Shown: positions 31,520 through 41,390, numbered from the stretch's first letter. The stretch: DNA of 64,000 nt from Candidatus Bathyarchaeota archaeon (GCA_963806535.1 CAWDYC010000004.1:256001-320000); one strand, 5' to 3'. Notes: generated by a model from the letters alone, not told the origin. Numbers and translations: made by a program.

Positions 31520-32959
31520 ATGAAAGAATCTTTAACAACAAACCAAGGTGCCCATGTTCCAGACGACCAAAATTCTCTTACCGTAAGCAACAATGGGCCT
31601 CTTCTGCTTCAAGATGTCCATCTGATTGAAAAACTAGCACACTTTAACCGTGAACGAATACCTGAACGAATTGTACATGCCAAAGGTGCTGGCGCCGGCG
31701 GATATTTTGAAGTAACAAAAGAACTATCAAAATATACAAAAGCCAAATTTTTATCTGAAATCGGAAAACGCACAGAAGTTTTCGTCAGATTTTCCACAGT
31801 AGGCGGCGAAAAAGGATCAGCGGACGCAGAACGTGATCCAAGAGGATTCGCAGTAAAATTCTACACTGAAGACGGCAACTATGATCTTGTCGGAAACAAT
31901 ACGCCAGTATTCTTTATTCGTGACCCACTAAAGTTTCCAGATTTTATTCACACACAGAAACGCAATCCTGGAACAAATCTCAAAGACCCAAACATGTTTT
32001 GGGACTTCTTGTCCTTGATTCCTGAGTCGCTTCATCAAGTGACCATTTTGTTCTCGGATAGAGGAACTCCGGCGTCCTATCGCAACATGAACGGTTATGG
32101 AAGCCACACATTCAAATGGTATAATGACGATGGCGAAATCTTCTGGGTTAAATACCACTTCAAAACCGACCAAGGCATCAAAAACTTAAATCGAGAAGAA
32201 GCCGAGCACATGAAAGGAACAGATCCTGACCATGCAACGCGCGACCTCCATAACGCCATTAAAAGGGGCGAATACCCTTCATGGACATTGCAAATGCAAA
32301 TAATGCCCGTCAAAGACGCGGAAACTTACCGTTTCGACGTGTTTGACGTGACAAAAGTTTGGCCTCATGGCGATTACCCACCGATTGATGTAGGCAAGAT
32401 GGTGCTGAACCGCAATCCCTCAAACTATTTCGCTGAAGTAGAACAGGCAGCATTTAGCCCAGCTAACTTTGTGCCAGGCATCGGCGCTTCGCCTGACAAG
32501 ATGCTTCAAGGACGTCTCTTTGCTTATCACGATGCACATAGGTATCGTTTGGGAGCAAACTATCTGTTATTGCCCGTTAACCAGCCTAAAGCGGTTAAAG
32601 CAAAAAACTATCAGCGGGACGGTTACATGCGTTTTGATGGAAACGAAGCAGACGCACCAAATTATTACCCTAACAGCTTTGGAGGTCCAGAACCAGATAT
32701 TGAAGCTTCGGAGCCAGCCTTTGATGTTGCAGGAAAAGCCATCCGGCAACGGTACATGCATCCAAACGATGACTTTGTACAGCCGGGAAATCTATATCGT
32801 CTCATGAACGAGGTAGACCGCAATCATCTGATTGGAAACATAGTGTCTCACCTTGGAAACGCGAACAAAGAAATTCAACTTCGAGAGCTAGAGATTTTCA
32901 GCAAAGCTGAACCAGAATATGGACAACGCGTAGCAGAAGGCTTAGGTATAAAACTGTAA
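31520..32959 (+). CDS. katA: Monofunctional heme catalase
   Basis: [35 protein letters not shown]. Confidence 0.96.
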   Translation: MKESLTTNQGAHVPDDQNSLTVSNNGPLLLQDVHLIEKLAHFNRERIPERIVHAKGAGAGGYFEVTKELSKYTKAKFLSEIGKRTEVFVRFSTVGGEKGSADAERDPRGFAVKFYTEDGNYDLVGNNTPVFFIRDPLKFPDFIHTQKRNPGTNLKDPNMFWDFLSLIPESLHQVTILFSDRGTPASYRNMNGYGSHTFKWYNDDGEIFWVKYHFKTDQGIKNLNREEAEHMKGTDPDHATRDLHNAIKRGEYPSWTLQMQIMPVKDAETYRFDVFDVTKVWPHGDYPPIDVGKMVLNRNPSNYFAEVEQAAFSPANFVPGIGASPDKMLQGRLFAYHDAHRYRLGANYLLLPVNQPKAVKAKNYQRDGYMRFDGNEADAPNYYPNSFGGPEPDIEASEPAFDVAGKAIRQRYMHPNDDFVQPGNLYRLMNEVDRNHLIGNIVSHLGNANKEIQLRELEIFSKAEPEYGQRVAEGLGIKL

Positions 32960-33003
32960 AATCCTACTTAACCTAAAAACTTAACCTAAAAACTAAGTTC
33001 TTA

Positions 33004-33684
33004 CTAACTCTTTTTTAAGAGTAATTTTTGGACCTCTTCATCCGTTAAGTCGTACCAGTTTTCATAAGCGTCCGCAACTGCGAATGACCCACTTCGAATG
33101 TTAAGACAAACAATTTCGTCTACCTCAGACCTTAACAAGTCAATAGCACCCAAAGAAGCAGTCGGAATGGCTACAACTACTTTCTTAGGTAGACTCTTCC
33201 TCAAAGACCTAACTGCAGCCAGCATAGTGAACCCAGATGCTAGCCCGTCATCCAACAGAATAATTACCCGGTCCCTTAGTTCCGGCAATGGTTTGTTTCC
33301 TCTGAACTTTCTGAGTCTCTCCATAATATTTCTCTTAGTTTCAGAGATCGATTCTTCAATATCTTCGTTTGTCAGGCCAAGCTGTTCAACAAGAAGTTCA
33401 TTTAGGACAGTTACTCCATCCCACGTTACAGCTCCAAATCCCGCTTCTGTATTCCATGGAATTTGAGCTTTCCTAACAATCACCACATCCATTGGGAGAT
33501 CAAGTTCTTTCGCAACCACATTGCCGACTGGGACTCCTCCCGCAGGAATAACCAATACAATAACATTCTCTTGATGAGAGTATTCCTGAAGTTTTTCTGC
33601 AAGAAGCTTGCCTGCATCGAACCTGTCTCTAAAAACTTTAACTTGTTCCCTTAAAGCGGGCTCATCAATAATCTTCGCTGTCAT
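33004..33684 (-). CDS. Phosphoribosyltransferase family protein (paralogue of the first gene)
   Basis: FRDRFDAG, GGVPV, ILLDDGLASGFT. Confidence 0.9.
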   Translation of the reverse strand: MTAKIIDEPALREQVKVFRDRFDAGKLLAEKLQEYSHQENVIVLVIPAGGVPVGNVVAKELDLPMDVVIVRKAQIPWNTEAGFGAVTWDGVTVLNELLVEQLGLTNEDIEESISETKRNIMERLRKFRGNKPLPELRDRVIILLDDGLASGFTMLAAVRSLRKSLPKKVVVAIPTASLGAIDLLRSEVDEIVCLNIRSGSFAVADAYENWYDLTDEEVQKLLLKKS

Positions 33685-33742
33685 GAAACAACACTAATTT
33701 GCAAATTCCATGAGGAGACCATTTACAGTGATTGATTCGCTA

Positions 33743-34333
33743 CTACACTTTCACTGATTGATAACTTAGCCCGACAGCGCCTGAGTTATACGTCTTCGTA
33801 TTCACAAGTTTTAGGTTTCGCCTAACATTTACATCTCTTAACAAGGGCTTCCCATTACCCAAAATTACTGGGTGCACAATAATATTGTATTCATCAATCA
33901 AACCCAGCTTTGTAAACGTCTGCGCCAAAGTGGCTCCACCGACTAAATACATGTTTTTGCCCGATTGCTCCTTCAATTTCATAACTTCTTCAACAATGTT
34001 ATCTTTGATTAATCGGGTATTTTTCCAAGTTACCTTGTCAAGTGAATTTGAAAACACGATTTTCTGTGTGTCTTCAGCGTAACGCGAGAATTTCCTGTCG
34101 TTTTCTGTGCTTTTAGGATTACTTGCGGCGGCAGGCCAGTATGTTTCCCATATTTGGTAGGTCACTCGTCCAAGCAGCATTGCGTCTGCGTTGTCTATCT
34201 GGTTCCACATTTCTTGGTGAAGATCCTTCCAAGCTTCTTCATTGTCGAAGGGTGGAAGCCAATCCATTTCACCATTGGGTCCAGTTGAGAAACCGTCAAG
34301 AGTCATTTGCATGGCTAAAATTATTTTCCTCAT
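33743..34333 (-). CDS. Dihydrofolate reductase/RibD C-terminal family protein
   Basis: MTLDGF, LLGRVTY, GGATLA, GLIDEY, HPVILGNG. Confidence 0.9.
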   Translation of the reverse strand: MRKIILAMQMTLDGFSTGPNGEMDWLPPFDNEEAWKDLHQEMWNQIDNADAMLLGRVTYQIWETYWPAAASNPKSTENDRKFSRYAEDTQKIVFSNSLDKVTWKNTRLIKDNIVEEVMKLKEQSGKNMYLVGGATLAQTFTKLGLIDEYNIIVHPVILGNGKPLLRDVNVRRNLKLVNTKTYNSGAVGLSYQSVKV

Positions 34334-34448
34334 AATCTTTCGCCTTACTAAGGCTTGGAAGCTTGGTTTTGGATATAAGAATTTGTGATTGCAGACTAAC
34401 AGTCATAACAGATAATTGGCGGTCTTTTTCACAAATCAGATTTGGTTA

Positions 34449-34508
34449 TGGTGATGAGGGTAGGATTCGAACCTGCGAACCCCCGAGGGAAAGGATATTT
34501 CATTCAGG
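34449..34508 (-). repeat. Degenerate copy of the tRNA-Leu 3' part (att relic 1)
   Basis: tggtgatgagggtaggattcgaacctgcgaacccccgagggaaaggat resembles 35412-35459 and extends into the intron. Confidence 0.85.
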
Positions 34509-34520
34509 TGCTAAAGTCAA

Positions 34521-34745
34521 CTATAATCGAAATTCTTTTTCACCAATTTCGAGTTGCTTTTCCAACGTTTCTTTGTAACGGTCTACTTGGTCTTCTTTAA
34601 GGTCATCTTGGCTTACATTTAAAGCCCTCAATAGTTCTTTGTCGCTTAGGTTTACCAGGGTTTCAGCAAGTTTATCGACGAGTTTACGAATTTCTAAGAG
34701 CTCCAAAGCTATGATTTTGAGGTCTCTCTTATCCTCCTCTGTCAA
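34521..34745 (-). CDS. Small antitoxin-like hypothetical protein
   Basis: LAETLVNLSDKELLRAL resembles Phd/RelB-type C-termini; lies between att relics. Confidence 0.5.
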   Translation of the reverse strand: MTEEDKRDLKIIALELLEIRKLVDKLAETLVNLSDKELLRALNVSQDDLKEDQVDRYKETLEKQLEIGEKEFRL

Positions 34746-34839
34746 GACTGTTCTAGCCAACCAAGTCACCGAATAAAGGTTACCCATTTAAGGGTGCTAA
34801 GATGTATTAAAAATTTCACTTCACAAGGACTAATGTAGT

Positions 34840-34870
34840 TGGTGGTGAGGGCAGGATTTGAACCTGCGAA
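34840..34870 (-). repeat. Degenerate copy of the tRNA-Leu 3' end (att relic 2)
   Basis: tggtggtgagggcaggatttgaacctgcgaa versus tggtgctgagggcaggattcgaacctgcgaa. Confidence 0.85.
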
Positions 34871-34873
34871 ACT

Positions 34874-35126
34874 TTATTCGTAGATTGATTTCGTAAGCCA
34901 ACATCCACGAACACTAAATTGCCTTCTTTTTCATCTAAAGAATAGATTACACGGTACTTACCAATGCGCCATCTCCATAAACCTATCAACTCCCCCTGTA
35001 ATCGTGTTCCAGCATAAGGGTCACCAGCAGCTTTTTCAAGTCCTTTCAGAACTTGTTCTTTCCCAGTTTTCGGAAGCTTTTCAAACTGCTATTGAAATTG
35101 TGTAAGAAAATGAGCTTATAGGGCAA
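34874..35126 (-). CDS. RelE/ParE family toxin (indels; absent from the ORF track)
   Basis: MPYKL...DPYAGTRLQGELIGLWRWRIGKYRVIY...VGLR..IYE. Confidence 0.82.
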
Positions 35127-35131
35127 ATTTT

Positions 35132-35341
35132 TTAGTCCTTCAAAAGAGCTTCTCTTATTTCCTCAGGAATAGAAACGGTAATGTATTCTTTTTTCTTATA
35201 TTCTTCAAGCCTTTTCTCTATTCTTTCTAACCCCTCTTTGTCAGAAAGCTCTTCAAGGGAAGCTAGAATTTCTTCTATCCTGTCAAAATGTTCATAGAGT
35301 TCTTTAAGCAAAGGCAACGGAACTGGAACAGTTTGTGTCAT
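35132..35341 (-). CDS. Putative antitoxin
   Basis: Small acidic protein (ILASLEELSDKE) directly upstream of the RelE gene. Confidence 0.65.
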   Translation of the reverse strand: MTQTVPVPLPLLKELYEHFDRIEEILASLEELSDKEGLERIEKRLEEYKKKEYITVSIPEEIREALLKD

Positions 35342-35411
35342 CCAAAGGCTCTCGCACAATAAATTATGCACTCAAGTAATTAATGTTGTTTCCGAAGCTT
35401 GAGAAAGTTTA

Positions 35412-35561
35412 TGGTGCTGAGGGCAGGATTCGAACCTGCGAACCCCTGCGGGAAAGGATTTCCCATCAGGCCTTTGCCGGCCAAATGTTAGATCTTGAGT
35501 CCTTAGTGGAACACGCTCGCAGCATATTCTTTCACCTTTGACCTGGCTTGGTTACCTCAGC
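35412..35561 (-). tRNA. tRNA-Leu(CAA) with two introns (35503-35530 at 28/29; 35460-35493 at 37/38)
   Basis: Acceptor GCTGAGG/CCTCAGC-ACCA; spliced anticodon arm AAGGA-CTCAAGA-TCCTT; long variable arm; BHB motifs at both introns. Confidence 0.92.
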
Positions 35562-35630
35562 ACACATTTTCTGGGCTACAGACTTTCCGTTTTCTTTCTT
35601 ATTAATCATTTGCCCTTCGCTATAGCGGGT

Positions 35631-37418
35631 TTACACGACTTTCTCTAGGTCAGCGATTAAGCGTTCAAACACTTTTAAGCCGCCCGTCCAGACGCTCTGA
35701 TCTGACACGTCCAAGCCGACGATTTTGCCGATTCCCAGCGGCGATACGCTACTGCCTGATGACAAAGCTTTCACCAACTTAGGCACAAATGCCTTGCCTT
35801 CCTTTAGGTACTGCTCATAAAGTGTGTAGACAAACATTTGAGCGTAGACATAAGGGTAGTTGTAGAAGCGGTAGTTTGCCATATAATAGTGTGGTTTCAT
35901 GGTCCATTCAGCTTCCATTTCGGGGAACCATGTTACAGAGTCGCCGTAGATGCGGTCGCGGGCTTTGGTCCAGTGGCTGCAGATTGTCTTGTAATCTAAG
36001 TATTCGCCTTGTTGTATGGATTTGTAAAGTGCCTGTTCGAACCAGACTCGGGCTGTAACTTGGAACGTCGTCATGCCCGCCTCATCGAGAACTTGGCATA
36101 GGATTGCTTTTTGTTCCTTGTCTGATTTTGTTTCACTTAGAAGTAAGTCGGCTAGGAGTAGTTCGCCGAAGATTGATGCTGTCTCCGCAACGGTAGATGG
36201 AACGCTCGTGTTCATCAGAGTTTGATTTCGAGACATGTAATAATCATGAGTTGCATGTCCCAATTCATGTGCTAATGTGAAAACATCACTTAAGGTTCCA
36301 TTGAAGTTGTCAAGGACAAAAGCCGATTTGCCCAGATACCAACTTGCACAGAAGGCGCCGTTACGTTTCCCAAATCGAGGGTTCGCGTCAATACGGTGTT
36401 TAACAAACATTTCTTTGACGGCAGTTGAGTATTCTGGGTCAAAGCGGCTGTACGCTTTTGTGACCCGGCTTTGCGCTTCCTCAAACGTGAACTTTCGCTC
36501 GGGTGAATCAGGCAGGGGTGCAACGATGTCATGGTTACCAAGCAGCGGCAAACCCATCAGTTTGGCTTTTAGTTTGAGATAGCGTCGATATATATCCGCA
36601 CCATCCTCTACTGCGTGGAGTAAATTCTCAACAATCGCCTCCTCAGTGTCATTATTCATGAGGCTTGGATCCATAGGTGAGGCATATTTTCTGCGTTGGG
36701 AAACGGTGACCCAGTCGTTGCAGATACTGCGGAGGGCTGAGGAGAATATTTCGCCATCTTTGCTAAGTAACCCATAAATTGAACGGTTCGCCGATTCCCT
36801 CGTTGAACGGTCAGGATGAGACAATAACCCGGTAGCTTCGCCGTAACTAAGCGTCTTTTTTTCTCCTAAAACCATAACGTCGAACATGCGGGTGTTGAGC
36901 CATTTGCTTTGTAGCTCCTCCCATGCTTGAATGCCGAATTGGTCTTTTTCGATGATAAGTTGTTCTTCTATCTCCGTCAACTGGTGAGGTACTCGCCGCT
37001 GCACCCGCTCTAACATGTGCCGATAACCCGTTAAAACAGGCTCTGCAATCAACTCGGGCTTAGCCTTAACGAGCGCTCCCAACTCCAAAGAAAAGAACGC
37101 TAACTGCTTCCCAATCTCCGCCTCAAGCTTGCTTACCCTGTCGTAGAGTGCCTGCACCTCGGGTAGCGTCATATTGGCTGAAAAGGAAAGGCTTGCAAAA
37201 AGCGAAAAATCACCGATTTTGATGTAAAAATCTTCAAGTTCTTGAAGACAACTAAGCAAACTGGGCGGGTCAAAAGACGTTATTTTTCCGCGGTATTTCT
37301 TCGCGAATATGTCGGCTAACGCTTTTGTTTCATTTATTTTTTTATCAATCGATGAATTGTTGTTTTCAGGAAAAAGCTCTGTTAGGTCCCATGTGATTTC
37401 TTGTTCTTTGTCGGTCAT
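35631..37418 (-). CDS. pepF: Oligoendopeptidase F (M3B)
   Basis: WDLTELF, GKRNGAFC, HELGH, AETAS, FYNYPY. Confidence 0.93.
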   Translation of the reverse strand: MTDKEQEITWDLTELFPENNNSSIDKKINETKALADIFAKKYRGKITSFDPPSLLSCLQELEDFYIKIGDFSLFASLSFSANMTLPEVQALYDRVSKLEAEIGKQLAFFSLELGALVKAKPELIAEPVLTGYRHMLERVQRRVPHQLTEIEEQLIIEKDQFGIQAWEELQSKWLNTRMFDVMVLGEKKTLSYGEATGLLSHPDRSTRESANRSIYGLLSKDGEIFSSALRSICNDWVTVSQRRKYASPMDPSLMNNDTEEAIVENLLHAVEDGADIYRRYLKLKAKLMGLPLLGNHDIVAPLPDSPERKFTFEEAQSRVTKAYSRFDPEYSTAVKEMFVKHRIDANPRFGKRNGAFCASWYLGKSAFVLDNFNGTLSDVFTLAHELGHATHDYYMSRNQTLMNTSVPSTVAETASIFGELLLADLLLSETKSDKEQKAILCQVLDEAGMTTFQVTARVWFEQALYKSIQQGEYLDYKTICSHWTKARDRIYGDSVTWFPEMEAEWTMKPHYYMANYRFYNYPYVYAQMFVYTLYEQYLKEGKAFVPKLVKALSSGSSVSPLGIGKIVGLDVSDQSVWTGGLKVFERLIADLEKVV

Positions 37419-37675
37419 GGTTTTTCGCCTTAAGTTTAAACTCGCTGGGCTATTTTGGGTTTGCCTATTAAATATAAAATAAATGATTACTTTTTTTGGT
37501 TTATAACGAACTTGCGGCACTCCCACTTTTACAATTTCTTTGCTTGGTTATCGAAGCAAAACGTGGGTTAAAATAAAACAATCAACTTCTGTCATTTAGC
37601 ATTTTTTACATTAAAAAATTCTGCATTATCGCGTTTGGTAATTTTGGCGAATGGTTTTCAATTTAGTATTTAAGC

Positions 37676-38584
37676 TTAGAGAAGGCGTGCTTCTGTATTG
37701 TTTTTTGAAAAATTAGTTCCGTCTGAGGGATGATAATTTACTTCAACAATAAACGGAAGTAATGGGAAACCTGAAGAAAACAACTTGTATTTCAATTTAT
37801 ACAATCCTTCTGTAAGAATTATAGCCTCTCTTTGGGAATCTAAAGCGCTGTGCAAAAATACTCCTGATGGGCTAGCTCTCACGGAAAAAATATCGATTAC
37901 TCCAAAATCTTGAGGTAGAATTGTTATCATATAACTTTGTGTATGTTGTGCCCATTTTAGATAGCTTCTATCTTTACTCTTTAATTCAATACCGTTCGGT
38001 CCAGTAATTGAGTCTAAAATGCAAACAGCATTAACTGCAGCTATGTCGGGTCTCTTATTAACAACTTTTGCATGCCAAATGAATTCTGTGAATGCCCCTG
38101 TTTGATCGGTATAAGTAACAACAGGTGAGTACTTTTTGACTTCTGCGATAACTAAATTCCTTGAGTAGTCCTTATTCCAACCTTTGTCTCTAACTAACTG
38201 CTCGATTTTTTGTAAAAGCTCTTCTTCAGTTTCGAAGTGCTCTGGATTACTAAGAACGTATCTCAGGAACCCTTCCAGAGGCATTCCCTCCTCTTGTAAT
38301 GCTATTATGTCTCTAAAACCTACATGGTGAGCTAACGCCAGTTCTTGATGTGTAAATAATGAACAAGCAAGATCCTGCTTTCCGGCTCTTTTGAAATCTA
38401 TAAAGAGATAATAATCAGAGGCTTTTAATTCCTCAGTTATTTTCATGATGTCATCCAATCCTTGAACCTTAAAAGCAAGATAAGACTCTAAAGCAAACTT
38501 TTCTTTCAGTAAACCTTTTACTTTTTCTGCTATTTCTCTCTCGCCTTCTCGTTGGCCGCAACTTATAAAAACTTTACCAACCAA
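37676..38584 (-). CDS. TIR/NDT-like N-terminal domain fused to a beta-rich domain
   Basis: KVFISCGQ, SDYYLFID, SLFTHQELALA (candidate catalytic Glu). Confidence 0.6.
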   Translation of the reverse strand: MVGKVFISCGQREGEREIAEKVKGLLKEKFALESYLAFKVQGLDDIMKITEELKASDYYLFIDFKRAGKQDLACSLFTHQELALAHHVGFRDIIALQEEGMPLEGFLRYVLSNPEHFETEEELLQKIEQLVRDKGWNKDYSRNLVIAEVKKYSPVVTYTDQTGAFTEFIWHAKVVNKRPDIAAVNAVCILDSITGPNGIELKSKDRSYLKWAQHTQSYMITILPQDFGVIDIFSVRASPSGVFLHSALDSQREAIILTEGLYKLKYKLFSSGFPLLPFIVEVNYHPSDGTNFSKNNTEARLL

Positions 38585-38693
38585 GCTTTTCTACCGATAA
38601 CGTATTGTTTGGGTTGGTTTTTAAATTTTAGGATTAGTTGTTACTCCAAAAAGGTAAGTGTTGCTGAACTGCACTTTTATTGCTAACTTTTTA

Positions 38694-38761
38694 CTGTAAT
38701 CTAGACATCTTCTAAGCAAAATCCATAGTCCAATGCTGTAAATCTAGACATTTTTGCCTAG
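38694..38761. promoter_or_regulatory. Direct repeats CTGTAA(A)TCTAGACAT x2 and three CTAG sites
   Basis: Copies at 38694-38708 and 38736-38751; CTAG at 38701, 38744 and 38758. Confidence 0.6.
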
Positions 38762-38799
38762 AACAAGGCTTAAAAGTTAACATTTACATATACAATGTT

Positions 38800-39690
38800 A
38801 TGCTTCAAGAACCGACGGTGGAAAACATAAATTCTTCCTTGTTTCAGGATACAATACATCGCATATACTTCAAAAATTCTCAGAAAATGAAAGAAGTCTG
38901 CGATGGGGCCGTCCACCTTGTTGTTACGTCCCCGCCCTATTGGAACATTAAAGACTATGGAAATCCCAACCAAATAGGCTTTCACGATACATTGCCCACT
39001 TACATTAAGAGACTTCGCAAGGTGTGGTCTGAATGTATAAGAGTTTTGGCACCTGGCTGCCGAATGTGTATTAACATAGGCGATGTATACCTGAGAGCAG
39101 ATGAGCAAACACCTTACCAAATTGTTCCGCTTCATGCATATGTTGTGAATAGTATAATGAATAAGCATGTTAACGACGTTGTTTATCTTGGAAGCATTAT
39201 GTGGAAAAAGATTCCGACTACCCATACAAGTGGTGGGGCAAATGTCATGGGGTCATACGGCTATCCAAGAAACGGCTATGTTAGCTATAACTATGAATAT
39301 ATAGCAATTTTCAAGAAGAAAGGCAAAGCGCCGAAACCTGAGAGGTCGATTAAAGAAAAGGCGAAAATCGAAAATGAAGAGTGGCGATTATTATTCAACG
39401 GTATTTGGGAATTTGTGGGAGCTAAACAGGACGAGCATATTGCTATGTTTCCAGATGAATTACCAAAGCGATTAATGCGGATGTTCACTTTCCAAGGTGA
39501 TACTGTGCTTGATCCATTTTTGGGCAGCGGAACAACAACAAAGGTAGCTTGGGAGCTTGGAAGAAATAGTATAGGCTATGAGATTGGTTTCGGCTCAACT
39601 CCTGAGACTAAAAGAATTGTTAAGGCAAAGGTTCACTTTGAGGACACGCCCTTTGACATTCGGCATAAAGTTTTTCCAACCTTGACTTAG
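38800..39690 (+). CDS. Beta-class amino-DNA methyltransferase (probable m4C)
   Basis: TSPPY motif IV precedes DPFLGSGTT motif I. Confidence 0.93.
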   Translation: MLQEPTVENINSSLFQDTIHRIYFKNSQKMKEVCDGAVHLVVTSPPYWNIKDYGNPNQIGFHDTLPTYIKRLRKVWSECIRVLAPGCRMCINIGDVYLRADEQTPYQIVPLHAYVVNSIMNKHVNDVVYLGSIMWKKIPTTHTSGGANVMGSYGYPRNGYVSYNYEYIAIFKKKGKAPKPERSIKEKAKIENEEWRLLFNGIWEFVGAKQDEHIAMFPDELPKRLMRMFTFQGDTVLDPFLGSGTTTKVAWELGRNSIGYEIGFGSTPETKRIVKAKVHFEDTPFDIRHKVFPTLT

Positions 39691-39814
39691 AATAAAGAAT
39701 CGCTACTCCACAAACTGAGCAAGCTATAACAAGAAGTCAGGGACTAGCCGATTCCCGTTTGTTGCAGACTAATTTTTAACACGATGTTACTGTGGTCGCA
39801 AACTTGTTGGTTGC

Positions 39815-40189
39815 TCACCAAAAGTCATCGATCTTGGTGAATTTTCCGTTTAATTTGCCGTACTTGTTTTCAAAGTTGTTGATAATCTTTGTTTTTCGGT
39901 TTGTGGTCTGGAGAATTTTTTGGTCTAAATAGTCCACATATTCGGCTAACTCTTGAACAGTTTCGATATAGAAATAGCCGTCACCGTAAGCACCGATGGG
40001 CATTCCTTCATCAAGAATGAGTTTAGTTATGAGAGCTCTAGCGGTAGATACAGTGTCGTCATGAGGTATGTTAAGCATTTCAGAAATTTTACCTGCTGAG
40101 ATTGGGTTAGCTTTTCCATGGTGTTCCAATAGGATTTTTTTTATTTCCTCAAGTCTTTGTTGTTGGAGAGACAAGCCATCACTTTCCAT
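39815..40189 (-). CDS. wHTH protein of phage/island type
   Basis: PISAGKISEML...GMPIGA..GYFYIETVQEL followed by a coiled coil. Confidence 0.65.
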   Translation of the reverse strand: MESDGLSLQQQRLEEIKKILLEHHGKANPISAGKISEMLNIPHDDTVSTARALITKLILDEGMPIGAYGDGYFYIETVQELAEYVDYLDQKILQTTNRKTKIINNFENKYGKLNGKFTKIDDFW

Positions 40190-40469
40190 TATTAATAGAA
40201 TGGGTGCCTATTGCTTTATTAGTTTTTTCAAATTTGTTGGCTAGCCCGACTTAATTGAATGCTATATATGGACAAAATCTATAACTTAAAAGCAGACTCT
40301 TAAGTCAAAGATATGCAAGCATGTTTTGGAAGTAGTTGTGCATATTATGAAACAAGAATATTTGGACTACATTTAGGAAATAATTAAGACAATGAACGGC
40401 GCTCGCAAGGAATAATTTATAATGTATCAGGTTGAGTATGTTCAATCACGTTCATGGGCGGCTATTATC

Positions 40470-40673
40470 ATGAAAGAATTGCTGGATAAAATCACCGTTG
40501 ATCCTGAGATTCTTGTTGGAAAACCCGTCATAAAGGGGACAAGGATTCCAGTTTACCTTATAATCGAGTTTTTAGCCAACGGCTTAACAGAAGAAGAAGT
40601 CCTTTACGAATACCCCGAACTTAAGAAAGCAGATGTCAAAGCTGCCCTCCTTTATGCGTCAAAATGCATGTAG
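40470..40673 (+). CDS. DUF433 family antitoxin-like protein
   Basis: DPEILVGKPVIKGTRIPV, YPEL, AALLYA. Confidence 0.9.
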   Translation: MKELLDKITVDPEILVGKPVIKGTRIPVYLIIEFLANGLTEEEVLYEYPELKKADVKAALLYASKCM

Positions 40674-40751
40674 CTTCTTTAGGAACTTTTAATATTCCTT
40701 CACCAAATAGCAGGTATAGGGTAACCTAATTGGGTAAGCAAAACTCAAACG

Positions 40752-41038
40752 ATGCCCCTTGAACGCATGGGAAAATTTCCCGAAGGCTCGGTTCAACTAA
40801 GCGTGCTAAAGGCAATATTGCTAGAGATCGTTTTGCGTTTGATCAGACTTTGCAGGGGCATGATTGCCAAAAAATTCGTGAGGGCGGAGATTTTGTTGTT
40901 CAGAAACGAGATTTTTTCGGAAACAAAGTTGGTGAGCCCACAATTTATGAAGTGAAGACGGGGGATTCTAAGTTGACTGAGGCACAGGAAAAAAGGCAGC
41001 GTCAACTGAGAAACCGTTACAAAGTCGCTAGATACTGA
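40752..41038 (+). CDS. Small PD-(D/E)XK nuclease-like protein (frameshift ~40800)
   Basis: Joined frame KRAKGNIARDRF...GGDF...YEVKTGDSKLTEAQ. Confidence 0.65.
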
Positions 41039-41067
41039 CACAAATATTGGATTAAATTGTTGTCATG

Positions 41068-41359
41068 TTATGCTGGTTCAAGTGTGACTTCTACTGCGTA
41101 TCCTTCTAAGTTTGGCTTATTGCGTTCATTACGCTTAAGCAAGGCGTAGGTCAAGTTTGGAATGCGTATGCGTCCATTTTTTTGCATCCGAGCAAAGAAA
41201 CTTTCCCTTGCACCCCATAAAACAGTTACAGTATACGGTCACTTTTAAAATCTCAGATGGTTCTAGCTTATACTGCCACCGTACTAGTTTGGGAATCTGT
41301 ATCAGATTGGTTTTGGTTAGCAACTTTGTTTTGAAAAGACTTTTTGAGTTTAAAGGCAT
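41068..41359 (-). CDS. Tandem AbrB-like DNA-binding protein (frameshifted)
   Basis: NLIQIPKLVRWQYKL and ARMQKNGRIRIP halves. Confidence 0.6.
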
Positions 41360-41390
41360 GGTGATTCACTTTTGTTTACATAGTTCCAGA

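Noticed and set aside
32966-32994. 13-bp tandem duplication acttaacctaaaa
   Set aside because: Only two copies between convergent genes; probably slippage or a terminator tract
34449-34870. tRNA fragments as split-tRNA halves or extra tRNA genes
   Set aside because: Mismatches in the acceptor and T stems, no 5' halves or complementary leaders; att relics explain them better
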